64,000 nt of DNA from the human T2T-CHM13v2.0 reference genome, Homo sapiens (GCF_009914755.1 NC_060939.1), one strand, 5' to 3'; numbered from the stretch's first letter, positions 1-12,518 are shown. Numbers and translations: made by a program. The notes: generated by a model from the sequence alone, not told the origin.

Positions 1-557
1 AAGACTTAGGTTTTTCACATAAGAAACCTCGACAAATACAGGCGAGATCGGGGCAGCTATTAAACCATGAAGGAAATAGACTATCTTTCTGCACCACCAT
101 CTTCAGCTGTGAAATTTACCCTCATGCTTGCAAGATGGCTGCTGTTGCTCAAAAAACAATGCCTGCAACCCAGGCAGGAACAACAACAAAAAAAAAGTGA
201 AGGGAAACATTACAGCTGAGCCTGGCTCTGTTAAAAGTCTCTCCAGAAGATCCCCCAGTATTCTCCAGTTAGGGCCTATTGGACAGAATCCTGTCATGTG
301 GCCATCCTGATGGCAGGGGAGGTTGAGTGACTATCTTAACTGGGTACATTGTTACCATAACAAAATTTGAGCTCTATTGGTAATAAATATGGAGAGAATG
401 TCACAATTCCTTAGCCAGAGGACACAGTGTGATGCTGGCCTTGGCTCTGGACCACTTTGTATCTTCTTCAAAGCCCATAACTCCAATAATACTGCCCAAA
501 CCAGAAGGAACAGGCTTGGTATTTTGGAAGCATTCACTAAATCACTCATTCATTCTT

Positions 558-862
558 TTATTTTATTATTATTTTTGAGACAGGGTCTTGATCTATCACC
601 AAGGCTGAAGTACAGTGGCATGATGACACCTCTTTACAGCCTCGACCTCCTGGGCTCAAGTGATCCTCCCATCTCAGCCTCTGGAGTAGCTAAGACTACA
701 GGAGTGCACCACCACACCTGGCTAATTTCTTTTTGTATTTTTTATAGAGATGGGGTTTTGCCACGTTGCCCAGGCTGGTCTCAAACTCCTGAACTCGAGC
801 AATCTGCTTGCCTCAGCCTCCCGAAGTGCTGGGATTACAGGTGGGAACCCCTGCACCTGGCC
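558..862 (-). mobile_element. Alu (AluJ-like), inserted in an L2 3' end
   Basis: Antisense Alu (tttgagacagggtctt...gggattacagg...cctggcc); L2 3'-end sequence (tcattcattc / catttactgagcatc...tatgccag) on both sides. Confidence 0.9.
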
Positions 863-1451
863 TCTCATTCTTTAATTTAGCAATTTAATTAACATTTACT
901 GAGCATCTTCTCTATGCCAGTCATAGGGGAAACGATGAACAAAATACACATGATCCCTGATTTCACTGAGTATCCAGTCCCAAATTTTTAAAAAAATGTA
1001 CAATGGGGCAACATTACCTTAGATTCCATCAAGACAACCAGATTCTGTTTTTAAGCATGAGTATCCTCTTATGGTCAAAAGTTGGTTCTACTTTTACAAA
1101 TAAAAGTGGTCTTGAGCAACTCCACATCCAGCTGACTAGTGTGGAAGCCAAAATTCAGTGTGTAAAGGGCCAATATTAAGTAATAGAGATCAGGGTATTT
1201 AGTTATGTGGAATATTGTTTAGTTCATCAATACTGGCTGGCTTGGCAGGATACAGAGTTACCTAAGAGACAGATCATACAATGCACTTGTTGAGGGCAGG
1301 AGGAGCTGTGCATTAGCCACCTTTACATTCCCAAGTCAACTCAGTGACTGACTCATGATAAGTACCTAGCAGAGTAAATATGTTTGCTGATCTGAACTCA
1401 AAGTTAGATCTTTCTCTACTAGGATGATCAGAATGACATAGAAATTTAAGG

Positions 1452-1743
1452 CAGAGGTCCCCAAACCCCGGGCCGTGGACCTGTACTGGTCAGTGGCCTG
1501 TTAGGAACTGGGCCACATAGCAGGACGTGGGTAGCTGGTGGGTGAGCATTACTGCCTGAGTTCCGCCTCCTGTCAAATCAGCGGCAGCATTCGCTTCTCA
1601 TAGGAGTGCAAACCCTATTGTGAACAGTGCATACGAGGGATCTAGATTGCGCACTCCTTATGAGAATCTAACTAGGATTTTCATGGAAAAAAATTGCCTT
1701 CCATGAAACCAGTCCCTGGTGCCACAATGGTTGGAGACTGCTG
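1452..1743 (+). mobile_element. MER1B hAT-Charlie MITE
   Basis: Termini CAGAGGTCCCCAA... and ...GGTTGGAGACTGCTG; 8-bp TSD atttaagg/ctttaagg. Confidence 0.85.
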
Positions 1744-2799
1744 CTTTAAGGTCAAAGTGGACAGCTGGTAATCCCCAATTTTCACATTTTATAGGGCAAA
1801 TGCATTCTTTATGTGCTGTATGTTAAAGTTTCCAAACCAACATGACAAGGCACACTAACACATTTGTTGTTAAAGATGTTAGATGTTAGAGACGTGCTGA
1901 GATCTTTAACCTCTTATCCCCTGGGCAGCACGTCTCATGTCAGTGGGCTACAGAAACTCTACCACTGGCTATATGTGGCATGAGATAAGAAAGGCTTGGT
2001 AGCTTCACTCTACGGCATATAATTTTAGGGTCTCAACTGAATATTTACACAAACCTGAACCAACATGTTTTCCTGGGGAATAAATGCTCTTTCAGCCCAC
2101 CTCTGTGTAGCCTTGTAATAGAATGAAAACAAAAGCCAGGCTTTTATTTATTTGCTTATGTATTTATATTATACTGAATCACACTCCACAAATCCCTTGT
2201 GGAATGAGACCAGGTATAAATAAACAAGTATCTAGCTTTTAGATTTTTCTAACAATGCTAACACTGCTGCCAGGCCATCTGAAATATAAAGACTGTCTTT
2301 TCCATCAGCAGCACAGAAGACGAGTACTTGAGACTCTCATCATTCCCCCCTTTCATGAACTAAGGGCTATTCAATTCTTATAAAGGACAGGTGAGAGGAG
2401 TGGTATCTGAGAAAGACTGACTAGGGGGCTGTTAGATACCCTTTCATCTCAGTTCCCAAAGTTTGATTCTTGTTCTGAATTAGATTAGGGACTAATGCAC
2501 TCGACTATAACCTTAGCTCCCCATAGAAATATCACCACTGAATCAGGACGCAAGACCATCTTCTTAGCTTTTATGAGGACTTGATTTTTTTTAAAGGCAC
2601 ATAAAAACTGTTTTGAATCTTCTGCTGATGCCCTAATTAGACTGTAAGGTATCTGAGAGCAGGGACTATCTTACTCACCTTGGTAGCTGTAGCACCTAAC
2701 ACAGTGGATGCTGTGAGCACAAAAAACATTACATACATAAATGCTGAATACAATAAAGTGACCAAAGTATACCAATGTGTAGCAAGTTAGAAAGCCTTT

Positions 2800-3091
2800 T
2801 TATTTTTTTGAGACATAGTCTCACTCTGTCACCCAGGCTGGAGTGCAGTGGCATGATCTCGGCTCACCGTAACCTCTGCCTCCTAGCTTCAAGTGATTCT
2901 CGTGCCTCAGCCTCCTGAGTAGCCGGGATTGTAGGTGCACGCCACCATGGCCGGCTAATTTTTGTATTTTCAGTAGAGACGGAGTTTCATTATGTTGGCC
3001 AGGCTGGTCTTGAACTTCTGACTTGAAGTGATCCACCCTCCTCAGCCTCCCAAAGTGGTGGGATTACAGGCGTGAGTCACTGTGCCCAGCT
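2800..3091 (-). mobile_element. Alu (AluS-like)
   Basis: Full-length antisense dimer. Confidence 0.92.
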
Positions 3092-3357
3092 GTATAAAGC
3101 TTTTTTTTCTTTTTAAAGGATTTTCGCAGAAAAATTCTTTTTTTAAAAAAAAAAAAAAAAAAAGGAAATGCAAACCTGCAAAGCTAGAATTGGGCTTTAT
3201 GTGAAGAGTTTCACCAAGTGTGAAAACCTTCAAAACAGACTTCAAATATGCAATCTGGACAGGCTTTGTTACCAGGTTTTTAAAAATCAAGTTTGAATAG
3301 TTCAAAAACAAGTAAAATTGTTTTAGTGAAGAAATGGCCTTTTAAAACCCAGGTCCT

Positions 3358-3492
3358 AGCTGGGCAAGGTGGCATGTGCCGGTAGTCCTAGCTACTTGGG
3401 AGGCAGGCCGGAGGGTCATTTGAGCCCAGGAGTTGGGAGTCCAGCCTGGACAATACAGTAAGACCCTGTCTCTTAAAAAAGAAAAAATTAAA
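3358..3492 (+). mobile_element. Alu monomer (FLAM-like)
   Basis: Single arm ending ...agaccctgtctc, followed by an A-rich tail. Confidence 0.8.
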
Positions 3493-4613
3493 AGCGAGGT
3501 CCTGAAGGTTAATGAAATCAGTATCGGCAATTCATTTAGATGACGGTGCTCAAAATATTCGTCCTGTGGAAAGTCACAACGAAAGGTAAAATTCTCAGGA
3601 CATCTGTGAGTTAAAACAACAGACCCAGCGTAGGGATTGTGCCAACCTCCCAGTCTCTAGCTGCCCTGCTGGCAGTCCAGGAAGGGTATCTCCTGTCAGT
3701 TCCTGAAAGGGAATTCTTCAGCTGCCAAATCAGGCGGGAAAAAGGAAGTATAGAAGGCTCTGTGGAAACTGGCACCAGAGCACAGTTTCAAGGCACCGAG
3801 AGTTATATTTGAAAAATCATGTAAAGGTGGCTGCCAAGATTACAGTAGATTTAAAGCAGTGAATCGTTCATGACTAAGACCACTGAAAAATCCTGGACCC
3901 AAAACAACTCTAGAGACACAAACACTGTAAACGATACCTAGTATATACTTACTACCGGAAAATCTGCCACACGTGGGATTAGAAATGACAACCTCAACAT
4001 GGTTTGTTGCTAAATACAGTACCCTCCTGTTCTAACAGCTGACTTTTATAGATACAGAAATGTACTAAGGGTAAAACCATGCCCTTAGAAAGGAAACGCT
4101 GTTGCTACCTATACAGAAACAGCCTCTCCTAATAAGAAACACACTGATGACCACCCTATCCCACAACCCCGGTACCCCTTACGGTGCTGAGAACTTTTGG
4201 TACTGAGCCAGTTCAGAAAGCAGCACACACGAGAGCCAAATATTTCGGGCACATTCCAACTCTTGTCCACCCCTTAGTTTCCTTTTCAGTAGACTCCCAA
4301 GAACCTCCATCCACGGGAGAAACCTGGATTTGGGGGAGGGAATCCCAGGGGGAGGGGAGGGGAGCGGTCCACCCCGGGACACATGCACCCCCTCCAGGGT
4401 CCCCTCTGCAGATCGGCCCAGCTGTCCGGGCGCAGAGCCCCCAGCCCCGGCACCCAGCTTCTCCGGGCCCCGGAGCCGCCTGGAAGCCCCCGTCGGCCGC
4501 AGGTCGAGAAGGTGCTTCCCAGGCCGGGGAAGGTGCCCGCGCCCTTGCCCGCAGCGCCCCGCCCCGATGCCCGGCTCTGCGCCGCGTCCCAGCGGCGGCG
4601 CCGCCGCGCGGTA

Positions 4614-4624
4614 ACCCGGAAGTG
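4614..4624 (+). promoter_or_regulatory. ETS/GABPA-type motif ACCCGGAAGTG
   Basis: Exact CCGGAAGTG inside the CpG island, typical of TSS-proximal elements. Confidence 0.7.
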
Positions 4625-4649
4625 GCGGCGGCGGCGGCGGCGGCGGCGG
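4624..4649 (+). repeat. (GGC)8/(CGG)8 trinucleotide repeat in the promoter/5' leader
   Basis: Eight uninterrupted GGC units at 4624-4647. Confidence 0.95.
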
Positions 4650-4698
4650 GCGTGCGGGAGCGGGAACGGGAGCGGGGGGCGGCGCGCACGAGCCGGCC

Positions 4699-4779
4699 AT
4701 GGCCGCCGCCGCCGGCTTTGTGTGCCGCGCGCGGGCCCGGGCCGCCCGCGCCTCGCCTGGGTTCCGGGGCCGCCGCTGA
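4699..4779 (+). other. Candidate upstream ORF (26 aa, [26 protein letters not shown])
   Basis: gccggccATGg is an optimal Kozak context; out of frame with the main CDS; TGA at 4777-4779. Whether it lies in the mRNA depends on the TSS. Confidence 0.5.
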
Positions 4780-4987
4780 CCCGCCCGGGCTCCGAGCGCC
4801 GCGCCCGCCGGGCCGGCCCCGCCTCCTGCCCTCCTCCGCCTCCGCCTCCTCCTGCCGCCGGGCGGGCGGGCTGCAGCCGCCCTCCGCGCTCGCCTGCCAG
4901 CTCCCTCGCCGCGCGTCCGTCCTCCGTCCTCCCGGGCCAGCCAGCCAGCCAGCCAGCCGGGCCGGCGGCGGGCACCAGGCCGTCCCG

Positions 4988-5577
4988 ATGCCCGAGCCAG
5001 GCCCCAGGATGAACGGCTTCTCGCTGGGCGAGCTGTGCTGGCTCTTCTGCTGCCCGCCCTGCCCGAGCCGCATCGCCGCCAAGCTGGCCTTCCTGCCGCC
5101 CGAGCCCACCTACACGGTGCTGGCGCCGGAGCAGCGCGGCGCCGGCGCGTCCGCCCCGGCCCCGGCCCAGGCTACCGCCGCCGCCGCCGCGGCCCAGCCG
5201 GCACCGCAGCAGCCCGAGGAGGGCGCGGGCGCGGGGCCCGGTGCGTGCAGCCTGCACCTCAGCGAGCGCGCCGACTGGCAGTACTCGCAGCGCGAGCTGG
5301 ACGCCGTCGAGGTCTTCTTCTCGCGCACGGCCCGGGACAACCGGCTCGGCTGCATGTTCGTGCGCTGCGCGCCCTCCAGCCGCTACACGCTGCTCTTCTC
5401 GCACGGCAACGCCGTGGACCTGGGCCAGATGTGCAGCTTCTACATTGGCCTCGGCTCCCGCATCAACTGCAACATCTTCTCCTACGACTACTCGGGATAC
5501 GGCGTCAGCTCGGGCAAGCCCTCCGAGAAGAACCTCTACGCCGACATCGACGCCGCGTGGCAGGCGCTGCGCACCCG
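4988..5577 (+). CDS. ABHD17C: ABHD17C coding exon 1 (aa 1-196 plus 2 nt of R197): N-terminal palmitoylated Cys cluster, Ala/Pro/Gln-rich loop, start of the alpha/beta-hydrolase fold
   Basis: Translation [42 protein letters not shown]...[14 protein letters not shown]...[32 protein letters not shown] matches the ABHD17 family and the ABHD17C-type N-terminus. Donor CCG|GTGAGC at 5577/5578, phase 2. Confidence 0.97.
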
Positions 5578-7206
5578 GTGAGCCTGCCGGGGTCGCCAGG
5601 CCTGACTTCCAGCTGTGGGGAGGCGGGGTGGGGGTCTCTTGGGGCCCCTGGGGCGGCCTGCCAGGAGAGGGGCCCCTCCTCCGGGGCTGAGGGCCAGCGG
5701 AGAGCCCCTTGGCCGCCGTAAATTCGCTTTTCTTGTCCCACCCTGGCTTGCTCCCACCCTCTCCAAAAACCGCGCCAGCCTTCAGGTTCCTGGAGAGCTC
5801 GGACTCAGAGAATTTTGCCTGCTTTGGCTCGCCTGTGTGTCGCCGGCCCACCGGCTGGGTCTTTTGTGGCTCCGGTCACCGCGAGTGGCAGAGTGTGGGT
5901 GCTTAAGTACCGGGCAGAAAGAAACAACTTGGTTCGAGTTTCGTTTGTACGAGCTGAAGTGACCTTGGGCAAGGCACATGGGTTTCTAGACTCAGTTTCC
6001 TTCCCTGTAAAGTCAGTGGGCGAGACAGGATGGCCTCTAAAAGACTTTCTGGTTGTAAAGTGCGGGCAGGACAATGTCTGGGCAACCTTGGAAACAGCTG
6101 GAGCGTCAGGTGGAGCGGGGAGTTTGCCTCCTGGTGGGGCAAAGTAGTGGCACTGTGGGGCAGGAAGTTAGCTGGTAGCTGTGGGCCTGGCACCTTCCAC
6201 ACGGCCTCCATAACAGTCCAGGATAAGTTTGAAACTTGCAGGGGCTGGGAAATCTCTGACCTTAAATTAGCATTCACAGAAGGACTGAAAAGTGTTTAGG
6301 GTGGGCCATCTGTGAGCCAGGCACAAACTGGGGGCATGGTTTAGGGGTTAGACCTGGTTGTTTTATAACAAGCAAACCAAAAACCTGACTTTTATTCACT
6401 ATTAGACAAAAGTCTTATACATGTGCAGGTCAGGTTACCTGTTTGTGCTCCAGTTTGGGTATCTGTGACCTTTCCGACCTGCCTCATAGCAGTGATGGTG
6501 AAAATAACCTGAGGCCATGTCTATGATGAGATTTGATTTCTTCAGATGAAAGAGTCCCCAGAGGAAGTACACCGGGCATTATTGTCGCCATGGACCCTTC
6601 TATAGTTTTTATCTAAAACCTGTTTGCTTATGCACATCACCAACGTTAATGATTTTTTTTTTTCATTCGTACTCACGCATATGTTCCTAAGTGACTCCTT
6701 GCCTGTCTGGGAAAATGGCTTGTCCAACAGGGAAGTACTTAATATTTGCTCTATGTTGCATGTTTATGCCCTCCTGAAGTCCTGAAGGGGATGCCCTCAT
6801 TGGGATTATAGCTTTTCGAAAGTGGCTTAGGCAGATGAGAATGTATCATATGCAGATGCATTGGGTCAGAGTCTGTAAGTAGTTAAAAGCCACCTGTTCC
6901 AGTAAAGGGTTTCAAAAGTATGTGTCACACACAGTCTATAGCTTGCTAGAATTTGCTGTTGGCAAAGGTATTAAAAATAAGGTTGGCATTAGATCTTTAA
7001 AATTTGAAACATGAAAATCCTACCTTGAGTAGATTTTTTAATTGAAGAGTTTCCATAGAACATTGCTTCTGTGTGTGCATGTCCACATTACAATGAAAGC
7101 CTTTCACATGGCTCACCCTTTGCCCCAAATATACAGGTGTGTCTGTGTTACAGCTTACGTGGAGTGTAGTTATTTCCTGGAAACTTTTTTTTTTTTGGTC
7201 ATATTT

Positions 7207-7314
7207 AGTTGAATTAAGGGGCGTTGTTTTGGATAATGTTGAATTATCTGATAGTGTATCAGTTGAATTAAGGGTAATTGTTTCGGATAACTTTGAATTA
7301 TCTGATGGTATGTC
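7207..7314. repeat. Tandem duplication, 2 x 54 bp (45/54 identical)
   Basis: Units 7207-7260 and 7261-7314 both read agttgaattaaggg...ggataa..ttgaattatctgat. Confidence 0.9.
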
Positions 7315-7480
7315 TAAAGATTGCCCATGATTTATTTAATGTTATACCAGAACTCATATCTAAGTTAATTTATTCACCTGTAAAAAAGGTTAGAATTTGA
7401 AGGCTGCATGCGAAGCTTAGAATTTGAAGGAACCTTATAGATCCTCATGTCTTGTGCTTTTCAAACTGTTTTGACTGTAA

Positions 7481-7919
<439 letters not shown>

Positions 7920-10171
7920 TATTTCACTTTTATAAAAAAGAAAAAAAAAGATGGTTGTGAATTGCTAAATTTATTTCCCAACTCATGTATGGACACTGCA
8001 CACGTTCACCCAGCTCATCTGACAGGAGAATAGACTGGCGGCAAATCAGCAGTAGGTCTCTTGACTACCAGTTTAGTACTCTTGCGAGGGCACCATTGCC
8101 ACGGTAAGCATATTTATCAGATTCTTCAGGAGGTGCATTTGTGTGTCTTGGTTATTCTGCTGACATAAGAGTTACCTAATTCTGAAGCCAATCAGCCCCT
8201 CAACCACTTTCCTCTTGCTGTTCAGTATGGTTCTTCTGCTCTTACTTGCCTGGAGCAAGTTCTTATGCTATTCTCTCTTCTTTTACAGCTTAATTCAGGT
8301 CAGTGCCATGGCAGGAATGCCTTCCATCCCATGTGTCCATTCTTCTGTTACTGGGTCAGACTCTGTTTTCCACCAGCCATCCCCCATGTCTTCTTTGGGA
8401 ATCTTTATCTTTCCTGCCCTCCTAGTTAACCACACTCCCCAGGACACTGATTGGAGAGCTTGCCTTGTTCTGAGTCATCTTCATCTCTGTACTTAGATTA
8501 TTCCCCCAGGAGGACTGTAAGGTGCAGTGCCCTGCAGGCCCCAAAGCCCCACACTCAGGACTTTGCCCCACTCTTCTGCTCACATCGTCTTTTGTATCTG
8601 CCCTTCTCCTGTGCTAGGAACAATGGATCCTGACTGGATCTTAATTGGATTAGGAGACCCTTTGTGTTCCCTGTGCACCTGGTACTCAGCCCCTTTGCTT
8701 GAGTTATCACAGTGTTGCTGTATCTGTTATTTAACTGTATCTCCACTAAATTGGAAGATCTCTGAGGGCAGGGACACTATGTCTTCTCTATTCCTGACAG
8801 TTGGCAAAATGTCTTAAAATAATAGGTAGTCATTGGTATTTGTTGAACGAATTGCACATAATGGGCGCCCCATAAATAAGTGGGGTAAAGTTAATTTTTC
8901 CTAAGTTGGACTCTTACAAGTACTTGGATCTTATTTTATCTTCGGGGTTTAATATCCATGGGTACAACCATAGACAAAAAAAAAAGGGCCAGATGTATTG
9001 GCTTGAGGCCTCATCCACTTTGTATTCATTGTATTGGTGTTCTTGTGACACTGAAATGTCTGTATTGAAGAGAAGAACAATACTAACCCATCCTTTGTAT
9101 GTCTCTACATCTTTTATCCATTACCTATTTGTGCCAGCTCCTGCGCATGCTAGAGTGAGCTGTCCAGCCCTTGAAACAGATGTAAATACTACCAGTGTGC
9201 AGACCCCTCATGCATGGATAAAGACAGTGAATCCCCCCAGATGATGAGTATTAAGGTGGGCACGTAATCCAGAGTAAGGGTTTCAGGAGGAAGTAGATTT
9301 GGTAAGAAAGGTGGTTGTTGCCGTTTGGCCAATAGATGATTATTTTAAACTCTTGAAAAGTTACTGAAAAGAGTGTAGCGGAGAGGCAGGGTTTGAAGGA
9401 GCCAGGAAGAGTGGCATGAACAATGAGGAGAGCTCATTGAGCATGATGGAGAGCCCCAAGATCAAAACTTGTTTTACGTTTGCATTACTGGTAAGAAATA
9501 TAAGTATGTTGTGAATACAAACAAGTGAGGGAATGAATTGAAATCACTTAGACATATCTGTGGAAAAGATACTGAAAATCAGGGTCACCTTATTGGAGTG
9601 TATTGTTGTCACTTGAGTTGGGGAAGTAAAGTGATTAATCTGTGCAGGAATGGCTGCCTATTGGTTAAGGTGGGAGTAGGCAGATTCAGCCTCCTCAACA
9701 CACATCCTTCCAGGGGATCCTCTTAGGGCTGAACAGTTTTAGACTGTGTGTGCACAAGTGGCACCATGACTCAAGAGACAGTGAATCAGACTGATTTGAA
9801 ACTATAAACCCAAACAAGCAAATAGCCCGAAGAATGAGGTGTAAAGGAGGCAGAGTATTTTAGCTGAAATATTTTAATCTGGAGGAACAGGAGAGTGGGA
9901 CTCTCCTGTTTGGACATTTGTAACTTAGGTGTCTGCTGATGCCATCCACAGAAGTCGTCTTTGATGCTTCTTTTTGATGCTGGTGACAAAAGCTGTGGAG
10001 GAGAGAGGCGTTTGGTAATGTGGGCAGAGAAACGTTGATACAGTCAGAGAAAGCAGATGCAGAGGGAAGAAGATAAATAAGACTCTTCAGTGCCTTTAGT
10101 ACAAAAGGCAAATTACAAAAGACTTAATATTTCATTTATTCCTTCATTTGACCAGTAAACCATTAAACATA

Positions 10172-10504
<333 letters not shown>

Positions 10505-10956
10505 TTATGCTCTGCTTGTGCCAGACCGTGTACTACGTACTCTTGAAGTATCGTTAATCCCAAGCTGTTTCTTTTTGTTGTAAAAGGATGGATAGATTTC
10601 AGAGGCATTTTGAATACGTAACTATGATTTGCTGTTTTATAACTTTTGTGTCGGTGATTCACAGGATCCATAATTGGAAAATCCATGTCACAGCAAAGCT
10701 GTAGTGGCATCCTCTCAGGTCGTGGGACCCTTGAAAAACACCTTCTGTTGGTTGTGAATGGTGTTCACAGCCAGCAGTCTCAGGGTGGAATTCTCCTCCA
10801 GTAGCAAGTTACTTTCCTGGGCATGTTGAAGTTAATAACCTAACTCCTTTGTTCTCAGTGTTCTCAGAGGGAATACTATGATGCCACTAAGGGAAGAAAG
10901 CTTAGAGTTTCTGCTTGAGTTTGACTGATTAGGGAACAGAAAAACAGAAATATGTC

Positions 10957-11297
<341 letters not shown>

Positions 11298-11759
11298 CTA
11301 CAAAGGAAATAGAATGTTGGCTTGCAATTCAAGGCAGCCAGTATGTGAACAGGAAGAATGTAACTCTTAAGAACAGACCTGTTGAAATTGAAGTAGGCAT
11401 AGTCCGTTTTGGGGATCCACTCAGAGCCCTTCTCTTTGGTCCACCTTCAGCCTGTTTCCAAGTGCTCTTTTGTCATACCTGGCTCTTCCGGCTTGCCTCA
11501 CCGTGTGGTTCGGCAGGTTTTCTCTCTTTATCAGTACCAGAAGCTGAGCTCTCACTCTCCTCTTGCCACAATTTACTCACCCGTGGTTCTGTTTTGAGGG
11601 GCCTTGCTTTTCTCCAGTAATCCAGTTGCAAAGGATCTGACAGATGACTTCATTTTCTGTGTTAATGGGCAATAACTCCTTAATGTGTTCTCTTCCGAGC
11701 ACAGTTGTTTTCATTTAGTGCACTCTTAGAGGCTCAGTCTTCTCTAAAATTCAGTCTTA

Positions 11760-11995
11760 GGTCAGGCACGGTGACACAGCCTCACTGAGACCTCCCTGTA
11801 GTCTCAGTTACTGGGAGGCTGAGGTGGGAGGATTGCTTGAGCCCAGGAGTCTCAGACCAGCCTGGGCAACATAGTGAGACCTTGTCTCTACAAAAAATAA
11901 ATTAGCTGGGCATGGTGGCTCATGCCTGTAGTCTCTGAGCCCAGGAGTTTGAGACCAGCCCGGGCAACATAACAAGAACCTGTCTCCAAAAACCA
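11760..11995 (+). mobile_element. Rearranged old Alu (two left-arm-like monomers)
   Basis: Two copies of gagcccaggagt...gaccagcc..ggcaacat separated by the A-rich linker. Confidence 0.75.
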
Positions 11996-12518
11996 AAATC
12001 AAGTCTTAAAATTCTAATAATGCCATGTCATATTGGTGTAGAAAGCATTTTTTTCCCCTGCAGAAGTCACTTAAATCATACAGTCCTGAGATTACTTAGA
12101 GTTTCCCTTTAAGGTCATTCCCTACCTTATATTACTGCTTCTATTCCTCACTCTGTCTCCAAATTTAGTAACAACTCTCTTCAGTGTTGATAATCCCATA
12201 TAAGACTCCAAAATCTGGCTTTAGGAATTGCAGTGTTCATTTTGATAGCAGCTTTACCCTCTGTACTGGATTTTGCTTAGGCTCGTGTTGAAACTATAAA
12301 TCTGCTCTACTTTAAGAAGCCTGTGTACAGGAATCCAGAGTCTCAACATATACAGTTAGGAGATTATTATTTGGATAACAGAGTGCTTTTTTTTTGTTAG
12401 GGCTGCTTTAAATAATAGGCTTTCTAATTTCATCTAAAAGATGTGATTCAAAAAAGACAAACAAAACCTTTTAGAGTAGAAAAATCAGTTCTGACTCTAG
12501 CACTCCCACTAATTCACT

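Larger units (their letters stand above)
4370..5950. promoter_or_regulatory. CpG island promoter, 5' UTR and exon 1 of ABHD17C
   Basis: Very high GC and CpG density against CpG-depleted flanks; GC boxes; no obvious TATA box. Confidence 0.93.

Noticed and set aside
4184-5581. 465-aa ORF treated as a complete protein
   Set aside because: It starts at a non-ATG codon in the promoter and ends in the splice donor; only 4988-5577 matches ABHD17.
5578-5581. Stop codons immediately after both donors (CGG TGA; AGG TAA)
   Set aside because: An automatic consequence of GTRAG in phase-2 introns, not a special feature.
4286-5851. 521-aa and 298-aa minus-strand ORFs and other long ORFs across the CpG island
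   Set aside because: Low-complexity Gly/Arg/Ala/Pro translations, expected from stop-poor GC-rich DNA and the antisense shadow of exon 1; no recognisable domain.
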